The position numbers were made by a program, and so were the translations under genes. From Tubiluchus corallicola (taxonomy: Eukaryota; Animalia; Priapulida), in contig JAQGDQ010000246.1 in NCBI GenBank assembly GCA_030141605.1, forward strand, positions 62,001 to 126,000: a stretch of DNA of 64,000 bases, in the 5' to 3' direction. Shown here piece by piece: positions 30,501-42,500 of this stretch (position 1 is the first letter of the stretch; the number at the start of each line of letters is the position of its first letter). The notes under the pieces are model-generated. The model made no database searches. It was not told the DNA's origin and saw only the letters and a list, made by a program, of their open reading frames with translations.

Positions 30501-33500
30501 TGGAGGACAGAAGAACAGCAAGGTCAAATCTGGACAGACTAAGTTTTCAGCCATTACAGGACAACAAACTGATGGAGCATCTGCAAGGTCTGTATTACAT
30601 TGATATCCAGCAGGGCAGGTATCTGGATTTCTAGAGCAGTAAACATTTCTCCTTGGATTTTCTGAATCTAGCAATGGTGGTCCATGTCTGCATGGGTTTA
30701 GCAGCTGTATAGCTAAAAAAGCATAATGTTACATTGCTAGCATAATAGCAAGTTACAAGAGGCATAAATAAATCATTAGTTACAACAAGTATGAAAATAC
30801 AATTACTTTTAATGCTTTCTCAGAAAAATTTGCATTGATTATTGTTCCACATTTATATAACCGGTACTTGTTTTATACACTCCAAACTAAATTGATAAAC
30901 TATCTCATACAACTTAAAACTGAATATTTTACTTATTATAGTCCCAATCACTTTTAAATTAAATCATTTTGACGTTTACTGCAATCTTAATCCAACAATT
31001 TAGACATTAATATTATTAACAAGTAACCCAAAAACTAAATAATGATAAACTGAAGCTCACATGATTCTGGTATCGGCTCTACACAAACACTGCTAAAAGC
31101 ACATGCTCCTGGAGCCTGGCAACACTTCATACCAAATCTACAATCACTATCCTCTGTGCAACCTGCTTCCTGCAGTTCAAAAGCTGGAGGGCAAAAGAAC
31201 AGAAATGTCAAGTCCGGGCAGACTAACTTTTCAGCCTCCACAGGACAGCAAACTGATGGAACATCTGTTAAGTCCGTATTACATTGGTATCCAACTGGAC
31301 ATGTATCTGGACTACTGGAACAGTAAACATTTCTCCTGGCATTTTCTGGATCTAGGAGAGGAGGTCCATGGCGACATGGATTTAGCGGCTGGATAGCTGG
31401 AAATATAGCAAAGCATATCAACTACATGAAGCTAAATAAAGCTCTTTGTGAAAAATTATACGTTTTTTAAGAACATAACACATAAATAAAATTTGCAATC
31501 TATGCACACGTAGTACTCTAACAACGTGTCATATTTTTTACAAATGTATACAAAAATATTAACAAGTAATGATTATCTCTAACCATCTAGCCACCTTTTT
31601 AGTTGTGATCTTTACTTACATGATTCTGGTACTGGTTCTACACAAACTCTATGGAAAGCACATGCTCCTGGAGCCTGGCAACACTTCATACCAGATCTAC
31701 AATCACTATCCTCAGTACAACCTGCATCCTGCAACTCAAAATCTGGAGGACAGAAGAACAGAAACGTCAAATTTGGGCAGACTAACTTTTCAGCCTCCAC
31801 AGGACAGCAAACTGATGGAACATCTGTCAGGTCAGTATTACAGTGGTATCCATCAGGGCAGGTATCTGGATCTCCAGAACAGTAAACATTCCTCCTGGGA
31901 TTTTCGGGATCTAGTAATGGTGGTCCGTGTCTACATGGATTTAGAGGCTGTATAGCTGAAAACCATAATGTAATATATAGTAGCATGTTAGCAAATTGCA
32001 AGAGGGGTCAATATCATTAGTTACAACATGTATGGAAATATCAATTCTTTTAATGGTGTTTTTTTCTGAAAACACTGCAATGATTCATGTTCCACTTTTA
32101 TCAAATAAAAATAGCACGTATTTATATACACTGCCAACTAAACTGTAAAACCATAACTTATGAGTTGAGATTAAATCATATTGTTTATGAAGTTCCAATC
32201 ATGTTTAAATTCCAACATGTGATAGCTAATATAGTCCAATGATTTAGATAAATATCAGTATACTGTTAAGTAAACCTAAAATTAAACAATGACAAGATGA
32301 CACTCACATGATTCTGGTATCGGCTCTATACAAACATTGCTAAAAGCACATGCTCCTGGAGCCTGACAACACTTCATACCAGATCTACAATCACCATCCT
32401 CAGTACAACCTGCATCCTGCTGTTCAAAATCTGGAGGACAGAAGAACAGCAAGGTCAAATCTGGACAGACTAAGTTTTCAGCCTCCACAGGACAGCAAAC
32501 TGATGGAACATCTGTTAAGTCCGTATTACATTGGTATCCAACTGGACATGTATCTGGACTACTGGAACAGTAAACATTTCTCCTGGCATTTTCTGGATCT
32601 AGGAGAGGAGGTCCATGGTGACATGGATTTAGTGGCTGGATAGCTGGAAATATAGCAAAGCATATCAACTACGTGAAGCTAAATAAAGCTCTTTTTGAAA
32701 AATTATACGTTTTTTAAGAACATAACACATAAATAAAATTTGCAATCTATGCACACGTAGTACTCTAACAACGTGTCATATTTTTTACAAATGTATACAA
32801 AAATATTAACAAGTAATGATTATCTCTAACCATCTAGCCACCTTTTTAGTTGTGATTTTTACTTACATGATTCTGGTACTGGTTCTACACAAACTCTATG
32901 GAAAGCACATGCTCCTGGAGCCTGGCAACACTTCATACCAGATCTACAATCACTATCCTCAGTACAACCTGCATCCTGCAACTCAAAATCTGGAGGACAG
33001 AAGAACAGAAACGTCAAATTTGGGCAGACTAACTTTTCAGCCTCCACAGGACAGCAAACTGATGGAACATCTGTCAGGTCTGTATTACAGTGGTATCCAT
33101 CAGGGCAGGTATCTGGATCTCCAGAACAGTAAACATTCCTCCTGGGATTTTCGGGATCTAGTAATGGTGGTCCGTGTCTACATGGATTTAGAGGCTGTAT
33201 AGCTGAAAACCATAATGTCATATAGTAGCATGTTAGCAAATTGCAAGAGGGGTCAATATCATTAGTTACAACATGTATGGAAATATCAATTCTTTTAATC
33301 GTGTTTTTTTCTGAAAACACTGCAATGATTCATGTTCCACTTTTATAAAATAAAAATAGCACGTATTTATATACACTGCCAACTAAACTGTAAAACCATA
33401 ACTTATGAGTTGAGATTAAATCATATTGTTTATGAAGTTCCAATCATGTTTAAATTCCAACATGTGATAGCTAATATAGTCCAATGATTTAGATAAATAT

Positions 33501-36500
33501 CAGTATACTGTTAAGTAAACCTAAAATTAAACAATGACAAGATGACACTCACATGATTCTGGTATCGGCTCTATACAAACATTGCTAAAAGCACATGCTC
33601 CTGGAGCCTGACAACACTTCATACCAGATCTACAATCACCATCCTCAGTACAACCTGCATCCTGCTGTTCAAAATCTGGAGGACAGAAGAACAGCAAGGT
33701 CAAATCTGGACAGACTAAGTTTTCAGCCATTACAGGACAACAAACTGATGGAGCATCTGCAAGGTCTGTATTACACTGATATCCAGCAGGGCAGGTATCT
33801 GGATTTCTAGAGCAGTAAACATTTCTCCTTGGATTTTCTGAATCTAGCAATGGTGGTCCATGTCTGCATGGGTTTAGCAGCTGTATAGCTAAAAAAAGCA
33901 TAATATTACATTGCTAGCATAATAGCAAGTTACAAGAGGCATAAATAAATCATTAGTTACAACAAGTATGAAAATACCAATACTTTTAATGCTTTCTCAG
34001 GAAAATTTGCATTGATTATTGTTCCACATTTATATAACCGGCACTTGTTTTATACACTCCAAACTAAATTGATAAACTATCTCATAAAACTTAAAACTGA
34101 ATATTTTACTTATTATAGTTCCAATCACTTTTAAATTCCATCATTTTGATGTTTAATGCAATCTTAATCCAACAATTTAGACATTAATATTATTAACAAG
34201 TAACCCAAAAACTAAATAATGATAAACTGAAGCTCACATGATTCTGGTATCGGCTCTACACAAACACTGCTAAAAGCACATGCTCCTGGAGCCTGGCAAC
34301 ACTTCATACCAAATCTACAATCACTATCCTCTGTGCAACCTGCTTCCTGCAGCTCAAAAGCTGGAGGGCAAAAGAACAGAAATGTCAAATCCGGGCAGAC
34401 TAACTTTTCAGCCTCCACAGGACAGCAAACTGATGGAACATCTGTTAAGTCCGTATTACATTGGTATCCAACTGGACATGTATCTGGACTACTGGAACAG
34501 TAAACATTTCTCCTGGCATTTTCTGGATCTAGGAGAGGAGGTCCATGGCGACATGGATTTAGTGGCTGGATAGCTGGAAATATAGCAAAGCATATCAACT
34601 ACGTGAAGCTAAATAAAGCTCTTTTTGAAAAATTATACGTTTTTTAAGAACATAACACATAAATAAAATTTGCAATCTATGCACACGTAGTACTGTAGTA
34701 CTCTAAGAACGTGTCATATTTTTTACAAATGTATACAAAAATATTAACAAGTAATGATTATCTCTAACCATCTAGCCACCTTTTTAGTTGTGATGTTTAC
34801 TTACATGATTCTGGTACTGGTTCTACACAAACTCTATGGAAAGCACATGCTCCTGGAGCCTGGCAACACTTCATGCCAGATCTACAATCACTATCCTCAG
34901 TACAACCTGCATCCTGCTGTTCAAAATCTGGAGGACAGAAGAACAGTAAGGTCAAATCTGGGCAGATTAAGTTTTCAGTTTCTACAGGACAGCAAACTGA
35001 AGGAGCATCTGCAAGGTCTGTATTACACTGGTATCCATCGGGGCAGGTATCTGGATCTTTAGAGCAGTAAACATTTCTCCTTGGATTTTCTGGATGTAGC
35101 AATGGTGGTCCATGTCTGCATGGATTTAGTGGCTGTATGGCTGAAATGTAAAACATCATATTCTATCTAACAAAACAATAACAATCCAACAATTACTTCT
35201 TGAGACAGAACAATACAGATGTAAGCAGAATCATCTGATAAATAAAACTCTCAAAAAAATTAAAGGCATCACATCACAAGACATTAGAGGATGTATTTGG
35301 TGCAAATAAGCAATACTTGCTTTTGTTCGTGCAGTTCCCCTTTTGCAATACAAGCCAGAATGTATTGACTTGTTTAATTTTGAATGAATTAGTCTGTCAC
35401 CTCATACTCAATGAAACTGTAAACTGGCAAAACTGTAAATTTTTGTGAAATCAGTTTCAGTGTCTTGTTTGCTGAATGATACTTTTATGATGCAGCCTTG
35501 CATGCATAAGATACGAGGACCAGTGCCTATTTCATATGGCAGAGAATTACACGCAGCTATAAAAGTAAAAAAAACATTATATTATTATAGTATTAATTTT
35601 GCAGTATTACCACACTGCTAGTTGCTTTTATCATAGCAGACCTAAAGAAAAGTGACAAGTTATGTAACAACTAATACCAGTATTAACTTGATATATCTGT
35701 GTGCATAAAAAAGTAGCCACTGCCTTTAGCTAATCATTAACATGTGTTGGTGCAGCTAACTACTACCATTATCCAGCATTGTACAGTTTGTTAATGTGAA
35801 CACCACCAGTAGACAAAAGCTGACATAAACATTATGCTAATCTTTACATAATAAACATTATATCCTCTTAAACATGCAACTGTAAAGTGGTTCTACTCTT
35901 TAGTCAGTAATTAATATATATTTTATATATCTTATATTATTATAATAATCTACTACCATAATAATTTAAAAGTGATTTAATCATAATTTTAATAGTAAAT
36001 GCTTTCTTTTTTCCTTGTACAAAGTTGCTCATACTGAAGTGAACTGCTCATAACTTTATCCTTTCATCTCTCCCATCTCTGAACAATGAAAAAGCCTTTT
36101 TAGTCTTACCATAAAGCGAGTAATCTAATCTGACATTCTGATTACACTAAAATTCTAACTGGTTAATAGTATGTTTTGTTTCTTAGAACTAGTTTTGTTT
36201 CTTAGAAATTGGAAGTTCTCTAGGGAATAAAATCTGCAAAAAATAAAGTTATTTTAATATGTTACCTTAGTCGAGAAAATACCTAGTTCATGAATTTTAC
36301 ATACATGATTCTGGAACTGTTTCAACACAAAGTTTCTCAAAAGAACATGCTCCCGGAGCATCGCAACACCTCATGTTAGGTGTGGTGCAGTTCGAATCGT
36401 CGCTGCACTCGGCAATTTCCAAGTCAAAATCAAGTGGACAGAAAGGAAGTAAGCTTAGGTCTGGACAAACATAGTCTTCCTTAGAAACTGGACAGCAAAC

Positions 36501-39500
36501 TGATGGAGCATCTGTAAGGTCTGTATTACACTGGTACCCATCAGGACAAGAATCTGGATCTCTAGAGCAGTAAACATTTTTTCTTGGATTTTCTGGATTT
36601 AACAATGGTGGTCCATGCCTGCATGGATTTAGTGGCTGAATGGCTGAAATTCAAAATGTCAAATGTCATATTGTCATATTAATAAAACACTAGCAAAGGC
36701 CCCGCAAAAGATTTTGCGTATAAATACACGTGTAATCAATAATACGCGAACATCCTACACAGTCCTCATTTATAACTCAAAACCTGTACTCGTGCCTACT
36801 GTATGTTTAACTAACGCAAAGCAGCTTTTTGCTGAATTAAAGCTATAAGCAATAATGGATGACGTCAGCACAATGGAATTCGTCACAACAGTTTTCCAAG
36901 CGAAAATTGCCGAAAATAGAACTCCTAACTAACTCGTTGATACTCCTCTCGGTGGACCTGCCCTAACATATAGCCCACATCATCGTGTAGCCCTGTCCTT
37001 CCTCTTTGTAAAGAGCTATATATCTCCTTCCGAGAGTCCCACCGGGCGCCGCTAGAACGTTTTTCCCGCATGCTGTTTGGTCAAAATTTCGAAAAAATCG
37101 TGAGTTGGGTCCGGGAAAACGCCCGTTGCGGGGCGCCGTGGCCCTCTCGGGAATTCTAAATAGGCCTACTACACCCACCGCTGAACGGGCTATCTATCCA
37201 TACCCAGCACCCCCCTCGGCCCGTTCCAGTTCTCTACATCTCAGTCGTATAACTTTTGCAAAAAACGGCCGAAAAAGGGCCATTTTTAGAGGTTTTTCGC
37301 CTCCCCCTCCTCCCGGTGGGCCCCATTCGAAAAATAAACCATCAATGAGAAGACACTAGATCGAGACCTTTCGTTTGATATATAGATCGCCGCAAATGGT
37401 GCCCTCGTCCGGGCTGTAGCCTCGAATCTTATATATATATATATAAATAAATTAAGCCCATACCAAGAATATTAATATAAGAGATAAAAAACAATTGAAT
37501 TAATATTTTTATTAAGATAATCTGGCAGCTTCTTAGTTGTGCATTATCTTTATCTTTTTGTTCTTTTATTTATTTTATGAATAGTTTAACAATTAAACAC
37601 TGAAAGTGTCTGCAAATCTGTAAATAACAATGCAAGTACTTACAAGATTCCAGAATTGTTTCAACACAAAGTTTCTCAAAAGAGCATGCTCCCGGAGCAT
37701 CACAACACTTCATGCCAGGTGACGTGCAGTTTGAATCATCGCTGCATTCTGCAACTTCTAACTCAAACTCAAGTGGACAGAAAGGAAATAAGCTCAAGTC
37801 TGGACAGATATAGTCTTCTTTAGAAACTGGACAACACACTGATGGAGCATCAGCAAGATCTGAATTGCACTGGAATCCATCAGGACATGTGTCGGGATTT
37901 ATTGAACAATAGACATTCTTTTGAGGATTACCTGGATCTAACAGTGGAGGTCCATGTCGGCAAGGATTTAATGGCTGTATTGCTGAAACAAAAACAGTAA
38001 CAAATGTTACATTTGTGAGAATAAATAAAATACTTGATGCATAAGTGAAACAATGAATTTTATTGGTTTTAGAACACATTTCTCATGATCTCACAATTAA
38101 ACAGTGGCTTCGCACATGCAAGGCAGACTTTCTGATAATTAACAATCTATTATACAATCACAAGTTTTTAAATAAAATAATTTCTCTAACACATTATTTC
38201 TCTAAGACAAAAATTCTATTAAATTTGCTATGCATTACTTTAGGAAATGCAACAAAAATTTGCTTTATACATACTTGACTCCAGGATTGGTTCCATGCAT
38301 ACTTTAGCAAATGCACATGCTCCAGGTGTTTGACAACACTTCATAATGGAACTGCAGTCACTGTCGTCTGCACAAACTGCATCCTCCACTTCAAACTCTG
38401 GAGGACAGAAGTGTAATAAAGCCAAATCAGGACAAGATAGTTTATCTTTTACAGGGCAGCAGACTGAGGGAGCATCTGCAAGATCTGTATTGCACTGGAA
38501 TCCAACTGGACATGTATCTGGATCTTTAGAGCAATAAACATTCCTCCCAGGATTTTCTGGGTCTAACAGTGGAGACCCATGACGACATGGATTCAATGGC
38601 TGGATAGCTGAAAATTAATTTCGTCATGGAGTTATAGATCATTCAGTTTGAAAAAGCTTTGTACTAGTCTTTGATCAATAACTTTTGAATATTTTTTAAA
38701 TAATCCCATGAAGTGATACAAACATGCACAGTTTTACAAAATTTTTACGATTCAAAAAATAGTAAAGAACAACAGTCTTTACAAGTTAACTTAATATTAT
38801 CAAAATCTTCCATTATTTCACTCACATAATTGTGCATATGGTATTTATGGCTACGTGAAGACAATAATTTTTATGTAGCACTTACATGATTCTAATATTG
38901 GTTCCACACAAACTTTATCAACTGCACATGCTCCTGGAGCCTCGCAACACATCATGCCAGATCTACAGTCAGGATCGCCAGTACATCTAGATTCTGGATG
39001 TTCAAAGTTTGGAGGACAGAAATAAAGTAAAGTCAAATCTGGACAGACTAACTTATCAGCTTCTATTGGGCAGCAAACTGATGGAACGTCTGCAAGGTCT
39101 GTATTACACTGGTATCCATTAGGACAAGTATCTGGATCACCAGAACAATAAACATTTCGTCCAGAGTCTTGATCCAAAAGCGGTGGTCCATATCGACAAG
39201 GATTCAGAGGCTGAACAGCTGAAACAGAAAAAACACACGATTATAATTTGCTTATAATTATTTGACATGCGCATTCTTTCTATTTATATGACACATACTT
39301 AACTTCTACTTATATAAAAAATCAGACACAATCACCTACATGACTATACAATGTACATACGTGGTGCAGCTGCGATGGATTCTACGCAGACCTTAAAAAC
39401 ATCTTTGTCCATACATGGCGGGGGAGCTGAACAACACTTTAATCCAGATCCACAATCGTCATCACCGTAACATGCAAATAGCTCAGCAGAGGGAGGACAA

Positions 39501-42500
39501 ACAGGGAGGAGGCTCAAATCAGGGCAAACTGTCTCTGCAACACTGGTGATCTTTACAACGGGTACTGGACAACAAACTGAAGGAGCATCAGCAAGGTCCG
39601 TATTGCACTGGTATCCCTCTGGACATAAAGATCGCACACCACAGTAAACATTTTGGTTATTCGAATCTAGTAGTGGTGGTCCATGTCGACATGGATTCAG
39701 TATTGTTGGAACTTCAACTGCAAATAATACATTATTAAATCAGCTTAATAGCATTAATAAAAAAAATACAGGCATAGTCTAAGTAAAGCATTTTGAGAGG
39801 TATGTTTGTATAAAAAATTACATTTTCGTGTTTATTTTTGAATCATTTTTTGAGCGTTACTGAGCAAGTAAAATCAGTTAAATGTCAAATGGTGCAAAAA
39901 CCACTTTTAGGCATTTTTGTAGTCCTAAAGACTGCCATTCTTAGCAAAAATAGTGGCTCTAACTCATATTATCAAAAATTAATAAACCACATTTTACATG
40001 AACGTTAGCTGTAGTAATTTAACAACTAATATTACATTTCCACAGTGATTTTAGTATGAAACTATAATACTGTGTTAGGTAGAGTTTTTAAGTTTTCATG
40101 CCAGTAACTTTACAAAAATTGCTAAAAATAGTTTTGCAAAGCATAATCATTTGTTACCTAAATTAAATTGTGTCAAATTTTGTTAACAAAAATGCATTTA
40201 TTAAATAATATGAATTACACCTAGAATAGCAAGATGCATTTACCAGTTTCAGTTGGAATGGCTTCCACGCAAACATGCTCAACGCCCTGAGCAGCACATG
40301 CTCCTGGAGCAGCACAACATTTCAGTCCTGACCCACAGTCAGGGTCCACATTGCATGCAAATCGAGTTGCACCCACAGGACATCCATCCAATACTGTCAA
40401 ATCTGGACATGTGCCTGGCCTGTCACCTGTGAAATTAACAGTACTCTAATAGGCGGTATGCACAATAACTTGATATCGTTGTTTTTGATTAAAATTTTAA
40501 AATGTTAGTTATAATATCTGTAAAAAAGTAAAATATATACCCTCACAATCAACAACATGTCCAGTATCTTCATGAATAAACCTAGGTTCACAAGAACATG
40601 GGTCAACAGTGCATGTTGCAGTGGGATCACTTGGGCAGTCCAAGTTGCGACAAATTTCATCTTGACGGCAAAATTTCACAAACTCACTGATAACATCTGG
40701 CAAAGTAGGGCATATTACCAGATCTGAAATGATGTTGTAAAGTAAATAACAACTATCATGAACGATCATAAGCTTTCTAGAGTTTGATTAATGAATAATA
40801 AATAAGTCGGTATTAATGGTTAGTAACGCGGCATGAACGTTGCGTTAATGTACGAAAATATTAGTCCGGCAATATTGTTTTTGTCTGCAAAGTAAAAATG
40901 AGAAGCAAACTAGCCTGTAATTTTAACTTTCCCTTTATCGCTTTCACTTTCCCTAACAACTAAAATGTTTATGAAGTGTGACATAAGAATAAAAACTTGG
41001 CATTGTGTGTTTATGCAATGGTCTCGGATTTGGCTTTTCCCGAAGTGTTAAGACCGGAATTCCACATTAAAATTGAAAATATTCTCTTTTTATGCTTCAT
41101 ATCTTAATTAGAGAAAATAAAGAATTTGATACTACTAAATTCTACCTAATCCCAGTGACATCTGTATTTATTGTTGCTGCGTAGTCAGCACTGAAAATTG
41201 TTTGCCAATATAGAAATCCAGGCTTAATAGTGAAAGTTTTGCATATCTACTTATTAGTACAAAAACTGTTTGCTTACCATCATTGCACTGAGCTTGGCAT
41301 TCTACTCGTGATTTAAATGAATTTGCATTAGCGTTGCATAACTCAAACGGCAACTTTTCACATTGTCTGATGTCCGAATTGAAATACCACTGAGTATCAG
41401 TCAAACACGGTTCAGGTGTTACAGGCAGACTACACACATCATCTGTTGAAAAAGGAAATAAGAAAATAAAAGTTTTTGATGGAACTAAATTCCATCTACA
41501 ATAAGGTAGAATTGTTAAGATTGGGTAAGAATCCATACAATGCTTGGTTATTGTAATGTTAGTTTTTTCTAACATGTTAAATAATAAACATCTTTTCACA
41601 TAATTCTGATACTGATACATAAAATTGCATTCAGAACAAAGGATTGATAAAAAGAAAGAAACTACATGAAAAGTTTAAATAAAGAAAATAAATAAATAAA
41701 ATCAACAATGTATGTCTTTTGCAATGCTAAACATTAAAAACAAAATAATTAAAAATAAGATGTAATATATAAGGGAACATTTTCAATAAAGAATTTCAGA
41801 AGTCAAACAAATATGGCTATACAAAAAGTCTTAATAACCTATATTCTAGTAAAATGTTACCTGCGAGTTGACAGTTGGCAAGTCTTGTGACATTTTCCAT
41901 CTGCACAATGAAAGTTACCTCGCAGTCATTACATGGATCAGACTGACAGGTGGCTGTAGGCTCTCCAGGACATTTAGCTAACAGACATGTTTTACACACT
42001 CTTTGGTTCTCACAAACTAAAATGTTACGGCAGCAGTAATTATCGCTTTATATTACTATATTACTGACATATAGCATAAATAAATATATATATATGTTTT
42101 GATTATACATATGTACATATTTTGATTATAATAAATAGCACATATTATTGATTTTACAAAACAGTATTACTATACACAAGCCACTATATAGTGTAGAATT
42201 TGCACTTGGGGATTTTTATTGCAGTCATTATATATTAGTAATTTTATTGCTAGGCAGACTTGTGAAATGTGCATTAATATTTAAAAAGTTTTAAAATTTC
42301 AGTGTGCCCTTTAAGTTAAAAATAGACAACAAAATCATCACAACCACTTCGAAAAACCAAATAAAGAAATGTAAACAAACAGATCAGCACTGCTTGCAAA
42401 ACAATAAAAACTACTTAGAATTATAAAAAAAACAACGTTTTAAATTTACGTTTTTCTTCTTCAGGTAGTTCATCAAATGTTAAATCAGGATTGCACTGGA

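Larger units (their letters stand above)
28447..35140. repeat. Higher-order tandem duplication, about 3.18-kb five-exon unit present twice
   Basis: Intron types recur as A-B-A-C-B-A-B-A-C-B; paralogous exons offset by 3173-3185 bp. Confidence 0.85.

Noticed and set aside
11451-35070. Many repeated plus-strand ORFs (MILILV...MEHLQGLYY)
   Set aside because: Antisense shadows of the minus-strand repeat exons; no domain signal or own splice structure
28447-35140. Regular repeats as a CRISPR-like array
   Set aside because: Repeats are 336-nt coding exons with spliceosomal introns in eukaryotic DNA
36963-37359. GC-rich ORFs or a CpG-island promoter
   Set aside because: Lies within the Helitron-like insertion; ORFs have no recognisable motifs
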